Of a stretch of DNA of 25,338 bases, positions 5,657-15,075 are shown in pieces. Location: positions 1-25,338 of IMG/VR virus record IMGVR_UViG_3300012943_000057; one strand, given 5' to 3'. The position numbers and the translations under genes are program-made. This DNA comes from a virus. Lineage: Duplodnaviria; Caudoviricetes. The first letter of the stretch is position 1; the number at the start of each line of letters is the position of its first letter. Below the pieces are notes generated by a model. It worked only from the letters and a program-made list of their open reading frames with translations. It was not told the origin of the DNA and searched no databases.

Positions 5657-7047
5657 GTTACCACCTTTACTTTATCTGTAATTTCTAGATAGAATTCAAC
5701 TCTACCGTTGCCATGCCGACTTAACATGGTTGAACCCATAGGAATATAGTCGAGAATCAAACAGTGTGTCTTACTGCCCTGTTTACGTAGGCCTCGACCT
5801 ATAGCCTGTATAACCGGTCCTTTTGAGGCTACAAAGTTAGCTAGAATTAATGCATCTACGTTCTGTGTATCTGAACCTTCACCGATCTTCCCATCAGTTC
5901 CAACCAGCCCAGGAACAAGACCTTTATTAAGTTGATCTACATACTCTTGGGATTTAGCATCGATACCGGTTGCGAACGGGATACCTAAAGCAGTCGCGAG
6001 CATCTGCCCGTGGGCTACTTCATCTACAAGAATAAGAACTGATTTACCGGCAGCCATAAGCTTCGCCGCATCTTGTTCAATCTGCTGAAGCATGATTGGC
6101 TCGTTCAAGACGTGGGCTTTATATGACTTCAACTTGTCGTCTTTGTGATCCTTACCAGTAGTAGGGACTTGACGAACGATAAAGATTGGCTCTGCAAGGT
6201 ACTTATTCTCAACGCCCCATTTAATGTCTCGGCGAATAAGAACTGGCCCACATCCGCCAGTGATCATTACATCTTTTCCGTCGGATCTGTAATCTGTTGC
6301 TGTGAGACCAAATATCTTGCCTGTTGAAGACAAACCCTTAGAGATATCAAAGAAAGTTGTTGCGGGTGTATGGTGAGTTTCGTCAAAGATGACCACACCG
6401 AGATCATGGGCTTGGAAGTCCGCAATGTTTTTAGTGATAGAAGCAGCGATACCAACCGTAATATCGCATATGCTTTTCTTTCCTCCACCATAGAAACCTA
6501 CCTTGTTTTTACCGAAGCAAGCAACGAACTGAGAATAGAACTGTTTAGCAACTGATTCAGATGGACACACGATCAGCGCGCGCTTCTTATATCTCTGAAC
6601 GAAATGTGTAGCAAGTAGTGTCTTGCCAAGACCAGTTGCAAGATTGATAAGACCACGATAATTGGTCATCATCAACTGAACTGCTTCTTCCTGATAAGGA
6701 CGTAGATCGTAAGGTTTCTTAACCCAAGGCACCACGATCTTCTTGCCAGTCTCTCCGCGCATGTCGGTGATTCTATATGGTGCAAGCTCGCTCTTTATAT
6801 CTTCAAAGAAGGTGCTAGGAATAAACAGCTTGTCGCCATCAATTCTATGGAGCTGACCTTTTGATTCAGCTTGCAACTTAGCATAAGCTGGAGAGTTGCG
6901 CTGCCACATGTTCTTAGCCATACGACGAAGTTGATAGGCCTTCGACTTATCCGTGTAAGTCAAAGTTTTGTTAGCCCACGAAAGTAATGCCGGAGTTGGA
7001 TCCGTCACGATGATTTCGTTGTTTTGTACAAGAGCATGAGGCATCAT
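5653..7047 (-). CDS. Superfamily 2 DNA helicase, UvsW/XPB-like
   Basis: Q motif 'LRPYQ', motif I 'ATGLGKT', Ia 'IVCPS', II 'DETHH', III 'LTAT', V 'GEGSD', VI 'QAIGRGLR'. Confidence 0.93.
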   Translation of the reverse strand: MMPHALVQNNEIIVTDPTPALLSWANKTLTYTDKSKAYQLRRMAKNMWQRNSPAYAKLQAESKGQLHRIDGDKLFIPSTFFEDIKSELAPYRITDMRGETGKKIVVPWVKKPYDLRPYQEEAVQLMMTNYRGLINLATGLGKTLLATHFVQRYKKRALIVCPSESVAKQFYSQFVACFGKNKVGFYGGGKKSICDITVGIAASITKNIADFQAHDLGVVIFDETHHTPATTFFDISKGLSSTGKIFGLTATDYRSDGKDVMITGGCGPVLIRRDIKWGVENKYLAEPIFIVRQVPTTGKDHKDDKLKSYKAHVLNEPIMLQQIEQDAAKLMAAGKSVLILVDEVAHGQMLATALGIPFATGIDAKSQEYVDQLNKGLVPGLVGTDGKIGEGSDTQNVDALILANFVASKGPVIQAIGRGLRKQGSKTHCLILDYIPMGSTMLSRHGNGRVEFYLEITDKVKVVT

Positions 7048-7083
7048 GGATCCATTCTACTAAGCGGGTATAAACCACTCTTT
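7048..7083. promoter_or_regulatory. Back-to-back divergent -10 elements
   Basis: Minus-strand TAGAAT (7059-7054) lies 6 nt before the helicase ATG; plus-strand TATAAA (7069-7074) lies 9 nt before the HNH ATG. Confidence 0.55.
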
Positions 7084-7449
7084 ATGAGATACGAGAAGCA
7101 CAACGTTTTAGTGCACAACCCACACCCTCAAAGTTTAGCAGCGCTCGTCCTATTGACGAAGAAGCTCGCACCTCGCAAATTAAGTTACAAAACTTGGCTT
7201 AAGTATCGAAGTTGGTTCCTTAGAACTCACTGGAGACTTCATAAGGAGTTCCGCTGTTTCTACTGTGGAAAGACTGGGCTTAAAGCGCAGAGCGATGAAC
7301 CATCTGAGCTGGCAACGTTAGACCATGTCCACCCTCTTGCTAAGGGAGGCGAGAAGTTTCATTCATCTAACATCGTAGTTGCCTGTTCGCCCTGTAACAA
7401 CCGTAAGCAGGACAAGTCTGTGGAAGAGTTTTTAAATCGATCTGTATAA
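7084..7449 (+). CDS. HNH endonuclease (Zn-binding type)
   Basis: 'CFYCG...TLDHVHPLAKGG....SNIVVACSPCNNRK'. Likely start is ATG 7084 (MRYEK...), which avoids overlap with the helicase. Confidence 0.92.
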   Translation: MRYEKHNVLVHNPHPQSLAALVLLTKKLAPRKLSYKTWLKYRSWFLRTHWRLHKEFRCFYCGKTGLKAQSDEPSELATLDHVHPLAKGGEKFHSSNIVVACSPCNNRKQDKSVEEFLNRSV

Positions 7450-7474
7450 TATTGATAACCATTTGGAGGTTTTT

Positions 7475-7684
7475 ATGAGCGATGTTTCTTACGCTAACAA
7501 ATTGAAGACTCAACTCTACTGGTGGCTAGGTCGCCGCCGTCCTTTCGTCATCAACGACGAATATAAGATTGAACTCTTATTCATTGATAAGATTAATAAC
7601 TCTGCTAAGATTCAGATCACGAACTTGAAGGACGGGTCGGTAACGACTACGACTCAAGAAGGAATCGATCATGAGCAAGAGTAA
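7475..7684 (+). CDS. Hypothetical protein (69 aa)
   Basis: GGAGG SD at 7465-7469 precedes ATG 7475; TATAAT at 7445-7450 lies upstream. Confidence 0.75.
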   Translation: MSDVSYANKLKTQLYWWLGRRRPFVINDEYKIELLFIDKINNSAKIQITNLKDGSVTTTTQEGIDHEQE

Positions 7685-8201
7685 CTTAGAACTCATCTTT
7701 GATGAGTGGAAAGCTAACTTAAAACAGAAGGATCGTTCTTCCGTAGCAGTGTCTGGAAACTTCGATGAGCTCTTTGAGGAGCTTAAGCGAGGTAATGCTA
7801 CATTTGAAGAAGCACATGCAATCCTTCCCAAAGCAATCAAAGCGCATCTCCCAGCTCCAGCTGTTGCGAAGATGGTCTACAAGAACGGCAGAACTAATCC
7901 TAAGATTGCATGTTACTCTGAGAAGGAGTTCATGGATCAGTGGAATCAAGACATTACAGATAAGGGGACTTCGTCGTTCTTTGACATCTTCCCTCGTCCA
8001 AAGGTTGATTCTGATGACGATGGTGAGCCAAAGATTTATGGACAAATGTCTGCTAAGGAATATCGAGCACAGCGTCGGTATGCGGACTCTTTTCCACGTC
8101 TGAACACAGAGGCACTTGAACGCGCCCTTGTTACACAGACGTATAATCCAATGAATGACCTCGAAAACATTTTAGGTGAAGACGATGGCGACTCTAAGTA
8201 A
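7671..8201 (+). CDS. Hypothetical protein in the replication operon
   Basis: AAGGA SD; overlap-coupled to both neighbours; helical, charged composition. Confidence 0.8.
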   Translation: MSKSNLELIFDEWKANLKQKDRSSVAVSGNFDELFEELKRGNATFEEAHAILPKAIKAHLPAPAVAKMVYKNGRTNPKIACYSEKEFMDQWNQDITDKGTSSFFDIFPRPKVDSDDDGEPKIYGQMSAKEYRAQRRYADSFPRLNTEALERALVTQTYNPMNDLENILGEDDGDSK

Positions 8202-9165
8202 AGAACAAATGGATGCTCAGCTGAAAAAAGCTGGCATGGCAACTACAGAGACTTGTGAAGTCACCTTTGATGAGATCAACACGTTTGGTGATCGCGAGAG
8301 TCTTCTTAAGATGTATAGGAACATCGCTGGTTACAACAAGATGTTGGGCGAGCGAATCACGCTCATAAACGACTCGTTGACTGCGGCAGTTCCATTTACT
8401 CGAGAAAACCTTTATCTCTTCTGCGCATATACAGGATCTGGTAAGTCAACTGTGGCGGCCAACATCTCATATCCCCTATGGAAGCAAGGCAAGAAAGTCT
8501 TGGTTGTCTCCAATGAAGAAACCGAGCAAGACGTCCTTCTTCGTATCGCATGTCTAGAGCGTGGTTACAACTTCAACGATTACAAGAAGGGCACTATGCC
8601 ACAAGAGATGCTCAGAGAAGTCTGTGCTCTTATGCCAGAGATTGCTGAATATGTTAAGGTGTTGGATGTAACCTGGCGTGAAGGTTTGACGACTAAGATT
8701 GAGGGCGTAAAGGGCGCACTGAACGCATTGAAAGGCCAGGGCTTCTCATGTGTTCTTATCGATTACTACCAGCTCATCAAGTACTCGATTGCGCAGACTG
8801 ATCGTACGACCTACGATGTATTGAATGACCTACGTTCCTGGCTAGGCATGTACATTAAGAGCTCTGAGATACCTGTGTGCTTGTTCGTCCAACTCTACTC
8901 GATCGGTAAGAAGGGTGGGGTTAAAGACATTGACGCACGCATCAAGGAATGTTCGGCGATCGTAGAACCAGCTACCGTCATCATTGAAGTTGTTCCTAAC
9001 TTTGAAGATGCGACCACTGACTTCGTGATTCATAAAGATCGTTTCGGCGTAGCCGGTACGAAGATAACCTGTCCTTTCGAGAAGGGCCGTTATTGTAAGC
9101 AGATCTCTGAGAAAGAGATGGCCGAACGAGCCCTTGATAAACTCCAAGGTTCGATGAAGGCGTAA
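8185..9165 (+). CDS. DnaB-like (SF4) replicative helicase
   Basis: Walker A 'AYTGSGKS', H1a 'VSNEE', Walker B 'LIDYYQLI', H3 'FVQL', arginine finger 'KDRFG'. Likely start ATG 8185 after AGGTG. Confidence 0.9.
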   Translation: MATLSKEQMDAQLKKAGMATTETCEVTFDEINTFGDRESLLKMYRNIAGYNKMLGERITLINDSLTAAVPFTRENLYLFCAYTGSGKSTVAANISYPLWKQGKKVLVVSNEETEQDVLLRIACLERGYNFNDYKKGTMPQEMLREVCALMPEIAEYVKVLDVTWREGLTTKIEGVKGALNALKGQGFSCVLIDYYQLIKYSIAQTDRTTYDVLNDLRSWLGMYIKSSEIPVCLFVQLYSIGKKGGVKDIDARIKECSAIVEPATVIIEVVPNFEDATTDFVIHKDRFGVAGTKITCPFEKGRYCKQISEKEMAERALDKLQGSMKA

Positions 9166-9167
9166 CT

Positions 9168-10040
9168 ATGATTAGCACTAAGAAATGTCTTATCTGTAAA
9201 GACGGAAGAAAGAACGACTGCCTACATTGGCATAAGGACCCTGATACGGGTGACCTGTGGGTGTGGTGTCAAGGCAAATGCCAACGCGGTTATTCTCTCC
9301 GTTCATATTGTCACTATGCCAAGATCTCTCTTCCAGAGTTCTTGAAGGGCGACTTTGATTTCAAAGAGGCGCCACCAAATGAAGTTAGTGTGCAAGGCTG
9401 GCCCCAGCGCTTTATTCCGCTGTCAGACCCCCGCTCTGCTCCAGGTATCGAATATATTAAGTCCCGCGGTTTAAACGCTGAGGGAGACATGTATTATGAT
9501 ATAGAAAGAGAGGGAATTGTTTTCCCTTACTACTTCGATAATCACTTTTGCGGCGCACAAACGCGCTTCATTACACCGAAGGTTCATCCAGATGGTGAAG
9601 TCCAAAAGATGGACACACTTCCTGGCACAAGATTGGGTTTGTTATTTTATGGCTGGAATCAGTCGCGCTTCATTGGAAATGTTAAGGCAGTCGTTGTCAC
9701 GGAGGGCAGCTTCAACGCGATTGCTATTAACCAAGCGCTCAACATGGCTTATGGTGGGATTAATAGTAATCCCTGGCGGGCTATTTCTTGTTCCGGGGCT
9801 GGTGCTACTAAACACCATCAAGAAGCGCTTAAAGAGCTTAAAGAACAAGGACTCAAAATAGTAATCGCTCCTGACTTCGATGATGCAGGAATGAAGATGT
9901 TGAAGAAGTTTCGTGAGGGCGAATCCGCTACTCATTTTGCCTTGACAGGCGATACACGCGATTGGAATGACATGTGTAAAGACATGGGGCATACTGAGTT
10001 CGCGAAGTTCTTTCTGTCCACGGTAAAAAAGATTACGTGA
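9168..10040 (+). CDS. DNA primase (N-terminal Zn finger plus TOPRIM domain)
   Basis: CxxC...CxxxC, 'EYIKSRGL', 'IVFPY', 'VVTEG', 'DFDDAG' and 'DWND'; directly follows the helicase. Confidence 0.9.
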   Translation: MISTKKCLICKDGRKNDCLHWHKDPDTGDLWVWCQGKCQRGYSLRSYCHYAKISLPEFLKGDFDFKEAPPNEVSVQGWPQRFIPLSDPRSAPGIEYIKSRGLNAEGDMYYDIEREGIVFPYYFDNHFCGAQTRFITPKVHPDGEVQKMDTLPGTRLGLLFYGWNQSRFIGNVKAVVVTEGSFNAIAINQALNMAYGGINSNPWRAISCSGAGATKHHQEALKELKEQGLKIVIAPDFDDAGMKMLKKFREGESATHFALTGDTRDWNDMCKDMGHTEFAKFFLSTVKKIT

Positions 10041-10417
10041 ACGATATAAAGAAGAAATTGATGGAAGAGATCGATCGAAAGATCGCTCGTAAGAAAGAGA
10101 TGGCCGCTAGAGCCATTGAGCGAAACACCATTGATGCGTTTGTTCTAGCATTCATTGAAAACGTAGAAGAGATCAACAGGCTTTCCACAAACGTTACAGT
10201 TTGGGGTGCACTTTATCCATCGGCAGAGAACAGTCTATGGGGTCAGCTTCAGAGCATTGATTCAGATTGTAAGATTGAAGTTTCGTGGAGAGATAGAGAA
10301 AGTGAAGCACCCCAAGTTAATGGGGTGCTCATCAAGTGGTCTTGGGATCATCAACAAAAGTCTGGTGTGGAACCTGAACTGTTCGTTGACATCATGACCC
10401 TAATCTTTAAAGATTAA
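10037..10417 (+). CDS. Hypothetical protein (126 aa)
   Basis: GTGA-coupled to the primase stop; last gene of the plus-strand block. Confidence 0.75.
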   Translation: MNDIKKKLMEEIDRKIARKKEMAARAIERNTIDAFVLAFIENVEEINRLSTNVTVWGALYPSAENSLWGQLQSIDSDCKIEVSWRDRESEAPQVNGVLIKWSWDHQQKSGVEPELFVDIMTLIFKD

Positions 10418-10815
10418 GGTTGTTCTGGCCAAGCTGGAGATGCAGGATCTTCAGTGTTCTCTGGAAGATCACGTAGTTCCTGACGATATGCAGCCCATGC
10501 GGCCTTAACTTCTGACGAAAGAGGCGAATCAGCAAGCTGTGTATGGTCAGCAGCAATAAGTCTTGCGTCGCGAGCGGCTCTAAGAGCAATCCACTGACGT
10601 TCAACTTTAGCTTCAACAAGAACTTCATCAACTACAACTTCACCATCTTCATCAACTTTTACAACTTCATGATCGAGTTCAGCTGGAACTTCAATATGAT
10701 CGAACATGCTTGGATTGCCCCAAGGTCCGCCATATGATCCCTGATTAGGGGCATCTGCATCATACTTAGTTGCGATTGCCTTACTTACTTTATCTACAAT
10801 TAATATCTTAGCCAT
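10414..10815 (-). CDS. Tail fibre assembly chaperone
   Basis: 'LRAARDARL.AADHTQLADSP.....AWAAYRQELRDLP......WPEQP' is the typical Tfa/tail-assembly-chaperone C-terminus; AAGGAG SD; last gene of the tail operon. Confidence 0.9.
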   Translation of the reverse strand: MAKILIVDKVSKAIATKYDADAPNQGSYGGPWGNPSMFDHIEVPAELDHEVVKVDEDGEVVVDEVLVEAKVERQWIALRAARDARLIAADHTQLADSPLSSEVKAAWAAYRQELRDLPENTEDPASPAWPEQP

Positions 10816-10848
10816 GTTTTCTCCTTTATAGTCTTACTTAGCTATTTC

Positions 10849-10869
10849 TACCTACTAACTTTGTAGGTA
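10849..10869. other. Intergenic hairpin TACCTAC-N7-GTAGGTA (possible terminator or processing site)
   Basis: A perfect 7-bp inverted repeat with further flanking TTCT/AGAA pairing; a T-rich run follows on the + strand only. Confidence 0.4.
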
Positions 10870-10878
10870 AGAATTTTA

Positions 10879-11991
10879 TTAAATTTCTGCGTCTGCTGTC
10901 CAGTGACAACTTACTGCGCCAACGTTTACAGCGCCACCAGAGCTATTATAAACCCCATGACCACCTGCTCCACCAAACAATACAACGCCAGAATTTGCAG
11001 CTTGATCTGTACCAGAGTTAGCTTGCGAAATTCTATTAACGTTACCGGCATACCCATATTGAGTTACAGATGGACCGCCTCTTTTTCTAGCTGTGTATCT
11101 AATATGACCGTAAAAATCACCGTTTGGATAGTTACCTGGTCCAAAAACGTGTACGCCGTCTTGTTGACCACTTGTTCCTGGAACAACTTCAAGTCCATAA
11201 CTTTTTTCATAATAACGCTGACACATTGCTAGTTCATTGCCAATACTTACTCCGCTTCTTGAGAATCCTGTAGCACCAAGAGCAGAAGCACCTTCAACTA
11301 AGGACAACTGTGCAATTCTGATAGTTGCTCCAGTGGTACCTGCCCAGTTAACGGAACTAGTAGATTGAACCACATCGCCGTTAACCCAAGAGTTTAGAGT
11401 TGATGTTTGATAGTTAGAACCAGATGAAGAACCAATAACAATATCAAGAGCTAAAGTACTATCAAAATTCCAAGATCCTGTTGTATCTAGGGTAACAGTT
11501 ACCGTCTTAAATTCCCAAGTATTGGCAACATTTACAGTAAAAGTAGTAACTAAAGATCTGCTTTGAGCAGAATTAGTCATACCAACTGAATAAATTCCAG
11601 TGATGGATGCTTTAAACCAGAAAGAGATGGTGATCATCTTTCCATGAAGTCTTTGGTAGTCATATCCTTCCATTCTGTAATTGAACGGAAATCTCCAATC
11701 CGCTGCAGCAGCGTTCAAACCAGTAATCTGGGTGTAAAGACTGCTATATGTGCTGTTAAATCCAGACTGAGCAAACGTAGGAACATCGGTAGAACGAACA
11801 ACAGAATAGTTGTGAGTAGAACCGCCGCCAGAACTAACTCTAATTCTGTCGCTTGTGTAAATCGCTTGAGTCGATGAGGTATTGACCGTCGTCGTGTTGC
11901 CAGCGACACGTTGCCAAAAATCAAAATTACCATTAATAATATGATTCTTAAGCGGATTATCTCTTAGATCAAAATTAGGTGTCAATGCCAT
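10879..11991 (-). CDS. Tail-fibre-associated beta-sandwich (carbohydrate-binding-like) protein, paralogue A1
   Basis: The frame 'IINGNFDFWQR ... EL..CQRYYEKSY ... WTADAE' is shared with 12004-13062 and 16101-17123. Confidence 0.8.
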   Translation of the reverse strand: MALTPNFDLRDNPLKNHIINGNFDFWQRVAGNTTTVNTSSTQAIYTSDRIRVSSGGGSTHNYSVVRSTDVPTFAQSGFNSTYSSLYTQITGLNAAAADWRFPFNYRMEGYDYQRLHGKMITISFWFKASITGIYSVGMTNSAQSRSLVTTFTVNVANTWEFKTVTVTLDTTGSWNFDSTLALDIVIGSSSGSNYQTSTLNSWVNGDVVQSTSSVNWAGTTGATIRIAQLSLVEGASALGATGFSRSGVSIGNELAMCQRYYEKSYGLEVVPGTSGQQDGVHVFGPGNYPNGDFYGHIRYTARKRGGPSVTQYGYAGNVNRISQANSGTDQAANSGVVLFGGAGGHGVYNSSGGAVNVGAVSCHWTADAEI

Positions 11992-12003
11992 ATATCGTCC
12001 TTA

Positions 12004-13062
12004 TTATAACTCAGCATCAGCCGTGAATTGATAGATGTATGTGTTATTTAAGATGAGTGAGTTACCAGTTGCTCCAACTTGAGCAACCCCGGTAGATCCT
12101 GTGCCCACATACCCTGTGGTAGACTTTGCAGCACCTGTATTAACTTCATACATAGAGTTTGGGGCTGCTGCAGAGTTTGGATTATAGTTAACAACAGTTG
12201 GTGTCGCTCGTTTTTGAACAGCAAAACGTGGACCATTAACACGGTCGCCACCACCAGTTACAGATGGAGTGCCTGCACCAACGCCGCCAGTAAAATCAGC
12301 TGTGCCAGGAGCAACATCTAGTGAATAACTTTTCTCGTAATAACGTTGACATAAAACTAGTTCATTTGCCAGGTTGCCGCCAGCAGTACTGAAAGAACCT
12401 GCAGTGCCGCCTTCATTGATCATTACTTGAGCTAATTGAAACGTTGAAGCAGCAGTTGCTGGTAAAAAGGTTGTGCCTGCAACGTTCACAGCGTTAGCCG
12501 AAATCCACGATCCTGGTGACGCAGTAACAAAGCTTGAACCTGCTCCGATTACCCAGTCAATGATGAGTCCAACGCCGTTTGTATAGTTCCACGTTCCGCC
12601 AGCTGGACTTGCAGGAATTACAATAGTCTTATATTCCCATCCAGTTGTAGCGGTAGTGTAAGTTGTTACATAAGAACGATCTACACCAGAATTTCTAAGT
12701 GCAAAAGCATAAGTTCCAGCAATAGAAGTTTTAACATAAAAACTTACAGTGAAAATCTTACCCGCAAGTCTTAAGAAATTGCCACCTTCAAGTTTATGTT
12801 GAACAGTGTAAATTTCGCCTGCTGCAGGAGAAGCTTGAGTCGTTCCTGTGGTCAACAGGAATGAGTAGGTTGAAGCAACAGTAGGCACATCTGTCGAACG
12901 CGTAACGTTCGCAGTGCCTGTCGCTAAACCTTCGTTGCAGATCCATCTATCAGCTGTATGTGAAGTAGCAGTAGTAAATGAAGTTCCACGCTGCCAGAAA
13001 TCAAAGTTTCCGTTGATTATAGCGTTTTTTTCTAATTTGTCAATTCTTGGAGCTAAACTCAT
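12004..13062 (-). CDS. Tail-fibre-associated beta-sandwich protein, paralogue A2
   Basis: Same IINGNFDFWQR / CQRYYEKSY / ADAEL frame. Confidence 0.8.
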   Translation of the reverse strand: MSLAPRIDKLEKNAIINGNFDFWQRGTSFTTATSHTADRWICNEGLATGTANVTRSTDVPTVASTYSFLLTTGTTQASPAAGEIYTVQHKLEGGNFLRLAGKIFTVSFYVKTSIAGTYAFALRNSGVDRSYVTTYTTATTGWEYKTIVIPASPAGGTWNYTNGVGLIIDWVIGAGSSFVTASPGSWISANAVNVAGTTFLPATAASTFQLAQVMINEGGTAGSFSTAGGNLANELVLCQRYYEKSYSLDVAPGTADFTGGVGAGTPSVTGGGDRVNGPRFAVQKRATPTVVNYNPNSAAAPNSMYEVNTGAAKSTTGYVGTGSTGVAQVGATGNSLILNNTYIYQFTADAEL

Positions 13063-13071
13063 ATTAATTCC

Positions 13072-13737
13072 TTAGTTGTAGAACTCTTCTACAATGATAA
13101 CACCAGAACCGCCATTACCGCCAGTACCGCTGCCGCCGGTACCTGCTGCACCACCTGCGCCCCCGGTTCCTACAGAGTATGCATAACTAGTAGAAGGTCC
13201 AAAAATAACTGCTTCTAAATAAGCCCCTGAACCGCCGCCTTGTCCCATGTACATGGGTCCAGTTCCGCCGAGACCATAACCTGCTCCACCGCCACCAGAA
13301 CCTGTGTTTGCAATAGCGGCAGTTCCCGATGAGGTTGAACTAGAGCGACCGGCACCACCGAAAGGCGAATAAGCTCCTGCGCCGCCGTTACAGTTCATCT
13401 GATTATTTACAGTGTTTTGAAAATACTGTCCAGGACCTTGACCTGCGCCGCCGGCCAAAGTAACAATCGAAACTGCTGGTGAATTAACGGTAGGCGCAGC
13501 ACCACCAGTATAAGCAGATCCAGGTGCAGTAAGTAGAGAGGTTCCAAATGTTGTTGTCCCGCCAGTTCCAGCGGCTGGCATAGAACCGTTTGTACTATTT
13601 GATTCGCCTCCACCGCCTCCGCCAACCATGCGGACACGAATCCATGTGCATCCTGCTGGGGTTGTATACGTACCAGAACCGCTGAGAAGCTTTTGAACTG
13701 TAGGATATGTAGGTTTTCTTGCTAATGACGTCGACAT
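13072..13737 (-). CDS. Glycine-rich tail-fibre domain protein, paralogue B1
   Basis: 'SGTYTTPAGCT..RVRMVGGGGGG ... GGNGGSGVIIVEEFY' is the typical phage glycine-rich domain. Confidence 0.8.
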   Translation of the reverse strand: MSTSLARKPTYPTVQKLLSGSGTYTTPAGCTWIRVRMVGGGGGGESNSTNGSMPAAGTGGTTTFGTSLLTAPGSAYTGGAAPTVNSPAVSIVTLAGGAGQGPGQYFQNTVNNQMNCNGGAGAYSPFGGAGRSSSTSSGTAAIANTGSGGGGAGYGLGGTGPMYMGQGGGSGAYLEAVIFGPSTSYAYSVGTGGAGGAAGTGGSGTGGNGGSGVIIVEEFYN

Positions 13738-13746
13738 AATTTATCC

Positions 13747-15066
13747 TTAATTGTAAATCTCTGAAACAGAAACAAAACCTTGTTGGCCGGCTCCAGTGGT
13801 TAGAGTACCTGTTTTGTTATGAAATACGAAGATTTCAACATAGTCGTTTGTGGACACATCGACATCAATAGATCCACTTAACCCAACAGAGTTACTGTCC
13901 GTCCAGTGTGCCTGCATAAAGCCAATGTCGCCGTATGGCGAACCATTTTTATATACGACTATTTCGTATTGATTGCCAACCGCCCATGCTCCACCAGCTG
14001 GGTCTAAGCGTAATGTGCAAGAAACTCTTAAAAATCCGATCTTTCTTGCTGTATATCTCCAAGTAGAAGATGGGTTACTTACTAAGTTAAAATCATCTCT
14101 TACTTTAGTAGTAAAAGAAATTTGAGTAGATGCGCCTGAAGCAAGTGATTGACCACCAGTTGTTCTATAAATGGCTACAGCCGTGGGAATTTTGCTCTCT
14201 AAGGTTGTGATCCTTACACCTTGACTATATACTGTATCTCCGAAAGCTTTAAGATCAACATTGCTAGGAGCAGCACCTAAAACAGTGCTAGAAGTTGAGC
14301 CAACTGCGTCAGCTACATAACCTGCCATGTTGTTAAGCTGTCCATTGATGTTCTCAATGGTCGCCATCATGCTTCCAGTAGGACGTTCAGCAACAAGTCC
14401 GTTGCTTACTACTAAGATATTGTCGTCTTGCAAGGTTGCAGCTGTATTGAAACGAATTACAGTACCTAGACCACCACCTGGATCTACTTCGTAGTAGTTG
14501 CCATCGGTAGACGAAGAGCTGTTGGCCGCATTACGGAACTGAACTTGTCCATTCCTGAACACGATAACTGCGCCGACTTGCGAAGTGATATATTTACCAA
14601 CTTCAAAAGGAGTACCAACGTTAAAGTCAGTGGTTCCAACCGTCAGAAGACCAGTTGCGCTGATAGGACGAGCATCCACGATGTTTTGACCAGTCTTAGC
14701 ATCATTGTCGATAACACCGACAAAGATTTCACCTTCTTCAGCGGTAAAACCGTTGAAATTGATCTGTGTACCGCTTGCTACTGAGTAGGAAAGATAATCA
14801 ACCAGTCTGCCCTTTGAAGAACTGACAAGTGACAAGTTATTGCGAAAGAACAATAAGTTCGAGGTTGTGATATCGTTAAGCGTTGCATTAACAAATCCCT
14901 GAGAAGACATCTCAGTTGGAGTTGTCAACGAAGCGAGGTTGATACCGGTCTGACCAGCGGTTGCTTTATGGGCAAATACGAGCCTCTTGAAACCAACAGC
15001 AATGCTGCTAGATTCTTTTATGTCCTTTTTTCTTAGTGATAAACTGCCATTTCCGATAATAGACAT
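13747..15066 (-). CDS. Virion/tail-fibre protein with a short coiled coil and a C-terminal C1q/TNF-like beta domain
   Basis: Beta-rich N-terminal half, then 'IENINGQL...RITTLES', then 'QISFTTKVRD...WRYTARKIG.LRVSCTL...DYVEIFV', which resembles the C1q strand pattern. Confidence 0.7.
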   Translation of the reverse strand: MSIIGNGSLSLRKKDIKESSSIAVGFKRLVFAHKATAGQTGINLASLTTPTEMSSQGFVNATLNDITTSNLLFFRNNLSLVSSSKGRLVDYLSYSVASGTQINFNGFTAEEGEIFVGVIDNDAKTGQNIVDARPISATGLLTVGTTDFNVGTPFEVGKYITSQVGAVIVFRNGQVQFRNAANSSSSTDGNYYEVDPGGGLGTVIRFNTAATLQDDNILVVSNGLVAERPTGSMMATIENINGQLNNMAGYVADAVGSTSSTVLGAAPSNVDLKAFGDTVYSQGVRITTLESKIPTAVAIYRTTGGQSLASGASTQISFTTKVRDDFNLVSNPSSTWRYTARKIGFLRVSCTLRLDPAGGAWAVGNQYEIVVYKNGSPYGDIGFMQAHWTDSNSVGLSGSIDVDVSTNDYVEIFVFHNKTGTLTTGAGQQGFVSVSEIYN

Positions 15067-15075
15067 AATGTTTCC

